A stretch of 64,000 nt of DNA, counting the filler, from a candidate division TA06 bacterium SM23_40 (GTDB taxonomy: Bacteria; LJUI01; SM1-40), in NCBI GenBank assembly GCA_001303705.1. It is 5 parts of 5 records of this genome, joined end to end, with 100 filler letters (N's around TTAATTAATTAA, not from the genome) between each part and the next. Parts side by side here need not be neighbours in the genome. Positions count along the whole stretch, not along the records: positions 1 to 28,551 come from LJUI01000014.1; 4 more parts are not named here. One strand, 5' to 3'. Position numbers and translations under genes: made by a program. Position 1 is the first letter of the stretch. Each line of letters begins with the position of its first letter. Of the stretch, positions 1-10,479 are shown in pieces. The notes under the pieces are model-generated. The model worked only from the letters and a program-made list of their open reading frames with translations. It was not told the origin of the DNA and did no database searches.

Positions 1-1215
<1,215 letters not shown>

Positions 1216-1264
1216 TTAGCTCCCCAGTTGGACGCCACACCTGGGCCGGGCATCGTGGTGGGGA

Positions 1265-1552
1265 TTACTTGATGATGCCGAGAATGTCGTCCTCGCGCAT
1301 GATGATGTACTCTTCATCATCTATCGTCACCTCAGTGCCTGCGTATTTCCCGAAGAGGACTCGGTCGCCCTTCTTGATCTCCATGGGCACACGTTTACCC
1401 TTTTCATCGAGCCTGCCGGCGCCGATCTCTACGACCTTGCCCTGCTGCGGCTTCTCCTTGGCAGTGTCGGGTATGATGATACCTCCCTTTTTGGTTTCCT
1501 CCTCTTCGATGCGCTTCACTAACACGCGGTCAGCAAGCGGTTTAACCTTCAT
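1265..1552 (-). CDS. groS: Co-chaperonin GroES
   Basis: [38 protein letters not shown]...[22 protein letters not shown]. Confidence 0.98.
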   Translation of the reverse strand: MKVKPLADRVLVKRIEEEETKKGGIIIPDTAKEKPQQGKVVEIGAGRLDEKGKRVPMEIKKGDRVLFGKYAGTEVTIDDEEYIIMREDDILGIIK

Positions 1553-1780
1553 CGCCTCTGCCCTCCCTGGATAGAGGTTGTCAGTTCTGGGGACTTCGAT
1601 CGAGTCCCCGTCCGTGTGTGAACGAGTCTAAAGGTGCTGGTAAGAGTACAACCACTGAACGTACAAAGTAAAGGAAAGCCGACAAACCATTCCGATCTGG
1701 CTGGCCAGCTATCGAACGTGTAGAATTACTACTCCAGATACCGAGGGATCGCTCCAAATCTTCTGCAATTCCCGTGTGCC

Positions 1781-1810
1781 AATATAACCGGGGGGAGGCC
1801 ACGTTGTCAA
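1781..1810 (-). promoter_or_regulatory. Putative sigma70 promoter for groES-groEL
   Basis: Minus strand TTGACA-N18-TATATT, about 230 nt upstream of groES. Confidence 0.55.
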
Positions 1811-1991
1811 GGATTTTTTGGCTGCGGCGATGCCCTCGATTGACGCCGAGGGAGCCGTGTAACCTGCCGCGAAGCTGTAGGATACGGAATCGCCGACACC
1901 GTGCGTCCTCCGCGCGCGAACTGCCCCATTCAGGAGCGGACACCGATCGGTCTCAGGGGGCAGAGGCTGCCTCTGGGCCCGGCACCCGAAG

Positions 1992-2187
1992 GGCTCCGGG
2001 AAGGGCACCCGAGGACTCCGGGAAGGGAGCCCACACCACTCCGGCGAGGCCACCACACCACTCCGGCGAGGGCGCCCACACCACTCCGGCGAGATCGCCC
2101 ACAGCACTCCGGGAAGGGCACCCAGAACACTCCGGACAGAGCGCCCACAGCACGCCGCGCTGGGCGCCAACAGCACTCCGGGCAGGC
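1992..2187. repeat. Degenerate 22-23 bp tandem repeat, about 9 copies, core CACTCCGG
   Basis: Units such as cactccggcgagggcgcccacac, cactccgggaagggcacccagaa and cactccggacagagcgcccacag. Confidence 0.85.
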
Positions 2188-2221
2188 CTGCTGGCGGATC
2201 CGGCCCGCGAGGCTGCGAGCG

Positions 2222-2728
2222 TCAGTCACGGTGCCAATCGATCCTGACGAGTTTCTCTCTATCGCTGAATTTGTAGTCGATGCTTCCCCTGTGTGCTCGA
2301 AAGACGATCCGTCCGATTCTGAGCGCGAGGCTCTCAGTGGTTGTCTGCACAACCAGCATCCTTTCCCCCTCTTCTATCTTGATGATCCGCTCGAGGGGGT
2401 TCTTCTCCGCCCCGCGCTGCTCTTCATTTCGGATCAGATTGCGGATATCCTCAAGGTGCTCCGGAAGATAGTGGCCACTCAAGGTGACGATCCCCATCGG
2501 ATATTGATCCTCGATCTTCCGACAGGCCGGACACTTCTGCAGCAGTGTCTGTTTCCTGCGGTGTAGCTTATGGGATAGCTCGTCGTCTCTCCGCCACCTC
2601 TTATCGTGGAATACCAGTCCGCATGTCGGACAGACAGTGGGCTCTCGATACCCGCCACGGCGGAGGTAGGGATCTTCGAGATGAGGATCGACGCCGCGGC
2701 GCACATAGACTCTGCGCTTCCGAGCCAT
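2222..2728 (-). CDS. BCAM0308-family (NMD3-like) zinc-binding protein
   Basis: DPY...EPTVCPTCGLVFHDKRW...CPACRKIEDQYPMGIVTLSG...NPLERII...RIDWHRD; start taken at MARKRR. Confidence 0.75.
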   Translation of the reverse strand: MARKRRVYVRRGVDPHLEDPYLRRGGYREPTVCPTCGLVFHDKRWRRDDELSHKLHRRKQTLLQKCPACRKIEDQYPMGIVTLSGHYLPEHLEDIRNLIRNEEQRGAEKNPLERIIKIEEGERMLVVQTTTESLALRIGRIVFRAHRGSIDYKFSDREKLVRIDWHRD

Positions 2729-2790
2729 GATGTTCCTCTGCACAGACTATTAGAGGCCGCTGCCACCGACGGCCCGCACACGTTCAACTG

Positions 2791-2914
2791 GGACCCGGGT
2801 CATCCCTAGAACCGGGGTTATCCGCAAACCCGGGTCATCCTGAGGACTCAGGTCACCCCGAGGATCTGGTTCATCCTCAGGATCTAGGCCATCCTCAGAC
2901 CCTGTTCATCCTCA
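2791..2914. repeat. Degenerate 17-18 bp tandem repeat, 7 copies (approx. GGAYCYGGKTCATCCTCA), just 3' of tRNA-Val
   Basis: ggacccgggtcatcccta / gaaccggggttatccgca / aacccgggtcatcctga / ggactcaggtcaccccga / ggatctggttcatcctca / ggatctaggccatcctca / gaccctgttcatcctca. Confidence 0.8.
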
Positions 2915-2919
2915 GTAGA

Positions 2920-2996
2920 TGGTGGGCGAAACAGGACTCGAACCTGTGACTTCCTGCGTGTAAGGCAGGCGCTCTTCCAGACTGAGCTATTCGCCC
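2920..2996 (-). tRNA. tRNA-Val(TAC)
   Basis: GGGCGAATAGCTCAGTCTGGAAGAGCG-CCTGC CT TAC AC GCAGG-...GGTTCGAGTCC...TTCGCCCACCA; CCA encoded. Confidence 0.97.
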
Positions 2997-3081
2997 GACT
3001 TCCGCGGTTGTGAGACGTGAAGCCATTCCTCTTGTGCCGAGATAGACACCCGGACGTGACAGTAGGTCAACGTATGAGGTG

Positions 3082-3327
3082 TCATCTGAGAAGAATGGCT
3101 ACAGGTATGAGCACACAGTATCCGAGGACGAGCAATATGGGTGCGAGAGTGATCGAACCTCGGGCGAGGGTAAAGAAGCCCGCTCCGATCGCCACGATGC
3201 CGATGGCAAAGAGCGCGTAATTCTTCATGGTGAAGCCCAACGGGGGTTCCTCTGCCCTGGGCCGCTTCTTCTCTCGTTTGGGCTTGGTTCGTTCCCGCCC
3301 CTTCTTCTTCTCGCTGTTCTTGCTCAC
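3082..3327 (-). CDS. Small membrane protein, DUF3098-like
   Basis: Basic N-terminus then two TM helices; FTMKNYALFAIG...SITLAPILLVLGYCVLIPVAIL. Confidence 0.6.
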   Translation of the reverse strand: MSKNSEKKKGRERTKPKREKKRPRAEEPPLGFTMKNYALFAIGIVAIGAGFFTLARGSITLAPILLVLGYCVLIPVAILLR

Positions 3328-3340
3328 ACGCTATCTCCCT

Positions 3341-5128
3341 CTAGTCCTCTTCTCTACCGACAGGCATCACTTCTTCGCCCCGTTCGACCTCGACGATATT
3401 GCCCTCTCGGATCATGAAGAACCGATACCCGGGATCGCGTATTCTAGCTCTCAGTGTGACGATGCCGGATGCGCCAGCCCGCGCACCGAACTCCTCGAGC
3501 CTGACGCGGAGTCCTTCCCGATCGGTGGGGCCGTAGGCCAGACATTCCGCGAGCACAGCCATCGCATCGTATCCGAGGGCTGCCGTGGCGTTTGCTGCCG
3601 ATCCATAGCGACGCCGATAACGCTCGGCGAACCCGGAGGTGGCGATCGAAGGTCCTTCGTTGGATTGGGGGACAACGAAGACGGCTCCCTCGACGTACTG
3701 CTCACCCATCAGTACGACTCGTTCGGAATTCCAGCCATCGCTTCCGAGCAGTTGGGCTTCCACATCGTAGTATCTGAGCTGTGGCGCGATGAGTATTATC
3801 TCGTCCGGGAATCCCGGGATAAAAACCGCCTCCGGCTCGGCGCCACGGATGTTCAGTATGTTTTCGCTGAAGTCGGTCGTGCCGAGATCATACGATTCCT
3901 CAGCGACTATGGTGCCGCCGCCCCTTCGCACACCTTCGCGGAAGCTGCTGGCGACGCCGTATCCGTACGTGTCACTGGGATGGAGGATAGCCAGCTTCTG
4001 GAGTCCCATCTCTTCGGTGGCAAAGGCGCCAATAGCCCGTCCCTGGTCGGTAGAGCTCGGGTTCAGCTGGAATATATACTGCCCGATCGTAGAGATGCGC
4101 TGCTCGGTCGCGGTGGGCGAGATGAGGGGCACACCGCGTGCATTGGCAAGACCGGCCACGGCTATCGTGGAGCTGCTGAGGACCGGGCCGATGAGCGCGA
4201 TGACGCCCTCATCGTCGATCAGTTGCTGGGCCGTCCTGAGTGCATCGACGGGATCCCCATGAGTGTCACCGATGATGAGCGATAGTGCGGCACGGTTGAC
4301 CTGATTGAACTCCTCGGTGGCCAGCTCAACGCCTTCGCGGACCGCCTTCCCGTAGTCGCTGTACCGCCCCGTGAGCGGAGCGAGTACACCGACTCGACGC
4401 GGTTGCACGAGAGCTGGCGGTCGATCCGCGCCGATGAGCGCCTCAGCCCGGCTCGCGTACTCGCCGTCGGGATAATGCTGAAGGTATCGTTCTAGATATG
4501 CCCTGCCACGCTCTCTGTGCCCTGCTGATAGTTCCTTACTGCCGAGATTAAACAGAAGGGAGCCACGCACATCCGCCGGTGCGGGTCGGTTCACGAGTTC
4601 TCTGAGTTCCGATCTCGCGAGACGGGTTTCGATGAGGCGCTGGAGGGCATCCCTTCCCTGTTCCAGAAGGACCTCGTCAGTACTCCTCTCGATCAGATCC
4701 ATATAGGCCGTGGCGGCGGGTACATAGCGTTCCTCCTCCACGTACGACTGCGCCAAGATGAGCAGGGCATCGTCGAAGAACGGACTTGACGGGAAGTCGC
4801 GCCCAATGCGTGTGGCGTATGCGATCGCTCCGTCGTATCGTTCAAGCGCGAAGTAGGAGAGGGACAGCATGTACGCAGCATCGTCAGCTCGTTCGGAGAT
4901 TTCGTACTCCTCGAGGATGATGCCGAATTCAACAACGGCGCGCTCGTACTGACTCGCGTCGTAGTAGTCGACCCCTCTATCGAAACGGGCCTCTGCCGCT
5001 GTCTCGATCTGATTACGTTCTTCGCCTCCTGGTGCAGGAGGACGAAGGCTGGCACATCCGACTAGCAGAAGGACGGTTGCCGCCAGCGGCCGTGTGATGT
5101 GTCGAATCACTCTCTCCACTCCAGACAT
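3341..5128 (-). CDS. Lipoprotein with BamD/TPR N-terminus and type-1 periplasmic-binding fold (penicillin-binding protein activator/LpoA-like)
   Basis: Lipobox LLVGC, TPR helices (ADDAAYMLSLSYF; YPDGEYASRA), then VGVLAPLTGRYS...IGPVLSS...ALGYDA. Start is uncertain (5128, or GTG at 5110). Confidence 0.75.
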   Translation of the reverse strand: MSGVERVIRHITRPLAATVLLLVGCASLRPPAPGGEERNQIETAAEARFDRGVDYYDASQYERAVVEFGIILEEYEISERADDAAYMLSLSYFALERYDGAIAYATRIGRDFPSSPFFDDALLILAQSYVEEERYVPAATAYMDLIERSTDEVLLEQGRDALQRLIETRLARSELRELVNRPAPADVRGSLLFNLGSKELSAGHRERGRAYLERYLQHYPDGEYASRAEALIGADRPPALVQPRRVGVLAPLTGRYSDYGKAVREGVELATEEFNQVNRAALSLIIGDTHGDPVDALRTAQQLIDDEGVIALIGPVLSSSTIAVAGLANARGVPLISPTATEQRISTIGQYIFQLNPSSTDQGRAIGAFATEEMGLQKLAILHPSDTYGYGVASSFREGVRRGGGTIVAEESYDLGTTDFSENILNIRGAEPEAVFIPGFPDEIILIAPQLRYYDVEAQLLGSDGWNSERVVLMGEQYVEGAVFVVPQSNEGPSIATSGFAERYRRRYGSAANATAALGYDAMAVLAECLAYGPTDREGLRVRLEEFGARAGASGIVTLRARIRDPGYRFFMIREGNIVEVERGEEVMPVGREED

Positions 5129-5223
5129 AGGGGCAGAATGCAGGGCTGAATCCTTCGGGAGCATACCCCCATAGACGGTTGCTGTCAATCGAAAAGCGAC
5201 CTGGCGGGAAGACATTTTTCCAC

Positions 5224-5252
5224 TTGACGGACATGTGTCCATCATGTAGTCT
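5224..5252 (+). promoter_or_regulatory. Putative sigma70 promoter for the EIIA/zinc-ribbon pair
   Basis: TTGACG-N17-TAGTCT. Confidence 0.45.
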
Positions 5253-5319
5253 GGGGGCCGATCGGTGAATGAAAGCACCTCGGCACAGCCGCTTGTCACC
5301 GTTCCGTGGGAGCAGACTG

Positions 5320-5781
5320 ATGTCCATCTTTGAGCGCCTCTCCCCTGAGCGCGTCAATCTCAATCTGGCCGCAAGTACCAAGGACGAAGTCCTCGAAGAG
5401 CTCACCAATCTTCTGGCGATCGATGCCAAGGCCAGGAGAATCCTCATCGCTACCCTGAAGAAGAGAGAAGCACTCGGGTCCACCGGAGTGGGGAATGGGA
5501 TCGCCATCCCCCATTGCAGATCGCTGGTCGTCGACAGGATGTCCCTCGCTGTAGGACGGTCGGCGAACGGAATCGATTTCGGGGCCCACGATAAGAAGAA
5601 AGTCTACTATTTCTTCCTCATCGTCGCACCGCCCCAGGACGCAGCCAACCAGTACCTGATCACCCTGGGCAAGATCGCCCAGGTGACACGGGAGATGACG
5701 AAACAGGGCGGGTATCCCGATATCGATGATGCCGTGGCATTCCTCAAGTATCTGTCCGAAGTCGAAGCAAAGATCGCATAG
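5320..5781 (+). CDS. PTS EIIA (Ntr/fructose type) domain protein
   Basis: REALGSTGVGNGIAIPHCR phospho-His motif; GIDFGAHD. Confidence 0.9.
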   Translation: MSIFERLSPERVNLNLAASTKDEVLEELTNLLAIDAKARRILIATLKKREALGSTGVGNGIAIPHCRSLVVDRMSLAVGRSANGIDFGAHDKKKVYYFFLIVAPPQDAANQYLITLGKIAQVTREMTKQGGYPDIDDAVAFLKYLSEVEAKIA

Positions 5782-5803
5782 TGATCGTACAGGAGAAGGG
5801 AAT

Positions 5804-6229
5804 ATGCACCCTCAATTGGAGCTTCTCATTATGCTCCATGACGTCGACCTTTTGCTGAAGGAGCTGGAGAACGCCAACAGAGCCAGGCAGGAGAGCGATT
5901 TCGGATTCGTCATAAGTCGTCATGAGGAGGTAGCCGCGGCTAAGGGGCAGATCGAACAGCAGCTCGACAGCGACCTGTTACAGGAGTACCGGAGACTGGA
6001 GACAAGGTATGGGAGGGCAGTTGCCCCCGTGGTCGGAGGGGTCTGCTATGGATGCTTCATGAGACTGCCCACCGATATCTCGGTGAGCAAGCAGCGCAAC
6101 GAGGAACTATTTCGGTGCATCAACTGCGGACGTTACCTCTATTGGGTCGCAAAGCAGCCCAATTCTGCCACCGGTGATTCTCAGGAAGCGCCGTCCTCAC
6201 GCAAGAGACGGCGGACCGGAAGGTCCTGA
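5804..6229 (+). CDS. C4-type zinc-ribbon domain protein (short CT398/HP0958-like)
   Basis: AVAPVVGGVCYGCFMRLP...CINCGRYLY; RBS AGGAG. Confidence 0.8.
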   Translation: MHPQLELLIMLHDVDLLLKELENANRARQESDFGFVISRHEEVAAAKGQIEQQLDSDLLQEYRRLETRYGRAVAPVVGGVCYGCFMRLPTDISVSKQRNEELFRCINCGRYLYWVAKQPNSATGDSQEAPSSRKRRRTGRS

Positions 6230-6242
6230 GTACGATTGCCGA

Positions 6243-7076
6243 TCATTCGGACGGCTTTTTCCGGATCCGCACTCGGTAGACCCTCTGTTTGCTCGCTTCG
6301 AGCACCTCGATCACGACGTTATCGATAATCACTCTCTCACCAGGTCGGGGGATACGCTCCAGGTTGCTCACTATCAGGCCCCCCAACGTGTGGAGGTCCT
6401 CTCTTGCGAGCTCCGTCCCGAGCAGCATGTTGAGTTCGTCGAGCTCGATTCCCGCGTTCACCACATATGATCCATCCTCGAGCGCTTTGGAGACGATCTC
6501 CTCACGATCGAGCTCATCGCGGAGGTCACCGACGATCTCCTCTATTAGATCTTCCAGAGTCACCAGGCCGCTAATACCTCCGTACTCATCAATAACCATC
6601 GCTATCGATATTCTCTTCCGCTGGAATTCCCGGATTGCATCCAGTACTCGCTTCGACTCGGGGATGAAGTAGGGGAGCCGGATGAACTCCACAGCCCGGA
6701 GATCTTCTCCTCTTCCCCAGAAACGCAGTAACTCCTTCACGTGAACGATTCCGATGACATTATCGATCTGCCCGTCGTAGACGGGCATCCGGGAGAACCC
6801 CTTGTGGTGGAAAAGCCGCAGAACCTCATCAATGGGGGCATCCGCCTCGATGCACACCATGTCGACGCGGGGGATCATCACTACCTCCACCGGAGTCTCG
6901 CCCATCTCGAATATCTTGGTAATCATCACCTCTTCATCCTCGGTGATGATCCCTTCCTCCTCGCTCTGAGCGATGATCTCCTTGATCTCGTCCTCGCTGG
7001 CCGGCACGCGACGACGCGGAAACGGCAGATATTTCAATAACTTCAAGATCGCGCTCAAGACTCGGTTATTCTCCAT
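6243..7076 (-). CDS. CBS-pair/CorC-HlyC domain protein (hemolysin family, no N-terminal TM domain)
   Basis: VMIPRVDM...GFSRMPVY...VIDEYGGISGLVTLEDLIEEIVG...TLGGLI. Confidence 0.9.
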   Translation of the reverse strand: MENNRVLSAILKLLKYLPFPRRRVPASEDEIKEIIAQSEEEGIITEDEEVMITKIFEMGETPVEVVMIPRVDMVCIEADAPIDEVLRLFHHKGFSRMPVYDGQIDNVIGIVHVKELLRFWGRGEDLRAVEFIRLPYFIPESKRVLDAIREFQRKRISIAMVIDEYGGISGLVTLEDLIEEIVGDLRDELDREEIVSKALEDGSYVVNAGIELDELNMLLGTELAREDLHTLGGLIVSNLERIPRPGERVIIDNVVIEVLEASKQRVYRVRIRKKPSE

Positions 7077-7690
7077 TTATCTAGATCGGTCTCGTAGGGC
7101 AGGACCATACCTCCCGAGATGACGATCTTCATTCCCCACTCGACTGTCATCGATGTGGAGATGATCTCCTCCTCAGGAATGAGGAGATACCATCCGGAGG
7201 TGGGATTCGGGCATGTCGGGAGAAAGACATTCTGGGCATACCGGGGAGGATCATCGTTGATCTTCCACTTTCGGTCACTGGTGACGAATCCGATGCCCAG
7301 CATTCCCTTTCGGGGGAATTCGACGAGCACCACCTTTCGGAACGCCGCCTTGTCGACAAACAAGGTCTCGGTCAGCTGTCGGGCCGATGTGTAGACAGAC
7401 CGGATCAGCGGAAGCCTGGTGATGAGCAGTTCACCGAACCGTAGCAGCTGGCGCCCGAGGAAGCTCGAAGTGACCAGTCCAATGAGATAAATGAGGATGA
7501 TCATCGCAATGAGTCCGAGTAGTGCGTTGACGAAGTTGGGGAGCTGCTCGAGCTGAGGGATCTGACGGATCGCTCGTCCGAAGATATCTCCAACTTTGCT
7601 GATGAAGAACCAGAGGACGAGAACCGTCAATGCGAGCGGCAGAATGGCGATCAGCCCCGTAGCGAAGTTTTTCCTGAATCCTCTAGGCAT
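7055..7690 (-). CDS. DUF502 membrane protein
   Basis: FATGLIAILPLALT...RLPLIRSVY...VVLVEFPRKG...VFLPTCPNPTSGW. Confidence 0.9.
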   Translation of the reverse strand: MPRGFRKNFATGLIAILPLALTVLVLWFFISKVGDIFGRAIRQIPQLEQLPNFVNALLGLIAMIILIYLIGLVTSSFLGRQLLRFGELLITRLPLIRSVYTSARQLTETLFVDKAAFRKVVLVEFPRKGMLGIGFVTSDRKWKINDDPPRYAQNVFLPTCPNPTSGWYLLIPEEEIISTSMTVEWGMKIVISGGMVLPYETDLDKWRITES

Positions 7691-7692
7691 AC

Positions 7693-8499
7693 CTACTCCC
7701 CCGCATCCGGTGATGCGTTATGTCGCAGTGTCTCATTTCTGTCCGGGGCGCGCTGGGCGCCCGGGGAATCCGCGGAGAGGTGGGCGATGAGTTGGGGCAG
7801 TACTTCACCGGCGAGCCCGAGTATCGAGTCATCGACCAGAGTCGAGATCGGTGTGGGGTCCCTGTTGATCTCGACTACATAGGCACCAGACTCCTTGGCG
7901 ATGAGTGGAATCGAGGCAGCCGGCTGTACCAGCGCCGATGTTCCCACGACGAGCATCAGATCGCACCGGCGCGCTGCATTGAACGCGCGCTCCAACGCCT
8001 CTGGCGGCAACATCTCACCGAACCAGACCACGTCGGGGCGGAGCAGCGCGCCGCAGGAGCACCTGTTGAGACTCTCATCGGCAGAGGCCTCCGTCTCCAC
8101 GACCACACCCTCCTCAGAGCATCGCTCCCCGAAGATATTCCCGTGGAGTTCCACTATGCTCTCACTGCCGGCCCGACGGTGAAGGTTATCCACATTCTGC
8201 GTGATGAGCAGGAATTCCGGGGACAACCGCTCGAGCTCGACGAGGGCGCGATGGGCGGCATTTGGCTGGGCCTGCGATATGATCGAACGGCGCCATCTAT
8301 ACCATTCCCATACGATCTCCGGCTGGGCAGCGAATGCCTCGGGCGTCGCCAGTTGCTCTGCCCTGTAGTTGCGCCACAGTCCATCCTCGCCGCGAAAGGT
8401 GGGGATTCCGCTCTCGGCCGAAATCCCTGCCCCGGTGAGGACGGCGCGGAACCGACTGCGGACCAGAGCATCGAGGGTTGCTGGACGGATCTCTGTCAT
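7693..8499 (-). CDS. cobB: NAD-dependent protein deacylase (sirtuin, class III)
   Basis: GAGISAESGIPTFRG, TQNVDNLH, HGN, RPDVVWFGE; YxxR substrate motif (WYRWRR). Confidence 0.93.
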   Translation of the reverse strand: MTEIRPATLDALVRSRFRAVLTGAGISAESGIPTFRGEDGLWRNYRAEQLATPEAFAAQPEIVWEWYRWRRSIISQAQPNAAHRALVELERLSPEFLLITQNVDNLHRRAGSESIVELHGNIFGERCSEEGVVVETEASADESLNRCSCGALLRPDVVWFGEMLPPEALERAFNAARRCDLMLVVGTSALVQPAASIPLIAKESGAYVVEINRDPTPISTLVDDSILGLAGEVLPQLIAHLSADSPGAQRAPDRNETLRHNASPDAGE

Positions 8500-8566
8500 C
8501 GGGCTCGGACTCTCAGTCTTTCTCTCCAGTTACGACTCGTCGGACGAGCCGTGTTCTGATGTGCGC

Positions 8567-10396
8567 TCACTTGAGACGCTTCGCCAGCACGACAGTGCAC
8601 GTCTCCCTCACTGCTGTTCCGCGTTCGTCGTCTAGCCCTTCCAGATAGATGACATAGATACCGACCGGGAGCGGCCGCCCATCGTCCGCGCGCCCGTCCC
8701 ATACGACAGAGTGCTCGCCGCCTGTCTCTTCTTGCTCCAGGAGCCTCCGCACCGGCCGGCCGGCGGGATCGAAGATGTGAAGGCGTACCTTCATGCGGGT
8801 GCTCGGCAGTCTGATCGCTATCACTGTCCGATCGTCCCGGCCGTCGCCGTCGGGGGAGAATGGGTTCGGGGCGACGGTGAGGGAGGCGCGCGGCGCGATC
8901 TGGCTGAGGAATATCGAGTTCCGTTTGCCGGGCGTGGCCCCTTTGTGTGCCACGGACGAACCCCAGTTGTGCGGATCGTTCGAGGGAAACGCCGGGTTGA
9001 CTCGCTCTAACGAGATACCTCTCTCTCCCCCCCAATCATGGTCGTAGCACACCGAATCGATCACAGAGCCCTCTCGGTCGCGCAGACGGAGGAGGTCGCC
9101 GATATCATCGAGACTGGGCAGTCCGCCGTCGGGCACAGCGATCGGAGTGACAGTGGAATGCTCGGTAACGAATTCGAGTGAGTCGTCGACGAGGACGAGA
9201 TAGGCCCCGCTGGCGAGGAAGACGGACTGGAGTCGATGGCTGCGCGCAGAGTCGTCGTCCTCGATGCTGAAGTCTTCGAGGGAGATCTCCTGGGGTCGGG
9301 TGTTGAGCAGTTCTATCCATTCGCTGCAGGAGGGGAGTGGGCGGTACATGATTTCGTTGAGAACGACTCCCGCTCCCTGGCCCCCTACGGCGATGAACGT
9401 CGAGGCCACGTCGTTTGTGCTGTCCTCGTCTCCAGTGCATTCGACCCCGGCGCCGATCCACGTGCCTCCGGCGGTTCCGGGAGTCCACTCATGCACTACG
9501 GCCGTCGTGTCCCCTCGCTCGAGACTGACGGGGAGCGTGGCCGTTGCTATCTCCTCACCGCTATCCTTGATGTAATCAAGATCGAGATCGCGGAAAAAGG
9601 AGACCGAGAACTCGTCTACTGTCTGACGTCCGAGATTGGCGACGTACGCTTTGAGGGTGACCGCGTCCCCGATGTCGACGCGCTGAGGAACGGCGTCGAG
9701 CTCAACTGTCGCCAGATCGATCCGGGTCGCGCTGGCGTTCGCGCCTCCGGGTGTCGACCCTGCGGCGGCCGACGACGGTGCCCAGTTCTCTTCGCAGTCT
9801 CCCAGCCACGGATCGAGGCGCTCCATCGATATGCCGTCGCCCGGATCGTACGGTATTCCGTCATCATCGATCTCAGGAGTGCCGTAGGTATCGATACATG
9901 GGCTTTCTGGCAGACAGAGGAAGATCGGGTCTGTAGTGGAGAGCCCGTCGCCGAGGGTGGTATTCCCGACGGTGAGGACTACAGTCTGGGGAGGGAGGTC
10001 GTAAGGTTCGGGGTCGTCGCTCATCGAGTCCGTTGCCGCGTATTCTCTGTCGAGAATGACTGCGTACCCATGAGATGGAATCTGGGTGGTCCCGGTCACC
10101 GCATCCGGATCGTTGATCTCGCCCTGTTCCTGGACCATCCAGGCTTCGATCTGATCATCGGCGTCGCCGTCGGAGATAATCCATCCCGAGACGTCGATGG
10201 CCTGCAGGGAGCGGTTGTACAGTTCGATGAATTCATTCCGGTCGCCGGGAGCGCCGGGCCCGCTCTCTCTGCCGGCTACGTTCGCCATCACCTCATTTAT
10301 CACTACGCCATCATCGTCTACGTGCCCGCTACCATGTGAGACCAGAAGAACTCCTGCGAGCGATGCGAAGAGAATCGTCTCTGTGACGTGGTACAT
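8567..10396 (-). CDS. Secreted protein with two lamin-tail domains, a CARDB-like domain and a FlgD-Ig/T9SS-like C-terminus
   Basis: VVINEVMAN...EFIELYN; VVLNEIMY...EWIELLN; SLER...TPG; C-terminal PNPFSPDGDG...WDGRADDGRPLPVGIY. Confidence 0.8.
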   Translation of the reverse strand: MYHVTETILFASLAGVLLVSHGSGHVDDDGVVINEVMANVAGRESGPGAPGDRNEFIELYNRSLQAIDVSGWIISDGDADDQIEAWMVQEQGEINDPDAVTGTTQIPSHGYAVILDREYAATDSMSDDPEPYDLPPQTVVLTVGNTTLGDGLSTTDPIFLCLPESPCIDTYGTPEIDDDGIPYDPGDGISMERLDPWLGDCEENWAPSSAAAGSTPGGANASATRIDLATVELDAVPQRVDIGDAVTLKAYVANLGRQTVDEFSVSFFRDLDLDYIKDSGEEIATATLPVSLERGDTTAVVHEWTPGTAGGTWIGAGVECTGDEDSTNDVASTFIAVGGQGAGVVLNEIMYRPLPSCSEWIELLNTRPQEISLEDFSIEDDDSARSHRLQSVFLASGAYLVLVDDSLEFVTEHSTVTPIAVPDGGLPSLDDIGDLLRLRDREGSVIDSVCYDHDWGGERGISLERVNPAFPSNDPHNWGSSVAHKGATPGKRNSIFLSQIAPRASLTVAPNPFSPDGDGRDDRTVIAIRLPSTRMKVRLHIFDPAGRPVRRLLEQEETGGEHSVVWDGRADDGRPLPVGIYVIYLEGLDDERGTAVRETCTVVLAKRLK

Positions 10397-10429
10397 GGCG
10401 GGCGGGAGCCCAAGCACCTTTCGATTCTC

Positions 10430-10458
10430 AATCTAGCACATGAGTCACTTCCTGTCAA
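10430..10458 (-). promoter_or_regulatory. Putative sigma70 promoter
   Basis: Minus strand TTGACA-N17-TAGATT upstream of the lamin-tail gene. Confidence 0.5.
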
Positions 10459-10479
10459 TCCTCGAGGTGTCCCGGGGCT

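Noticed and set aside
1560-1810. CIRCE operator or sigma54 promoter upstream of groES
   Set aside because: No TTAGCACTC-N9-GAGTGCTAA is present. The TGGCAC...TTGCA lookalike has 12 nt between GG and GC instead of 10.
1709-2247. ORFs spanning the 23-bp tandem array
   Set aside because: The translations are low-complexity products of a non-triplet repeat and one overlaps the groES promoter.
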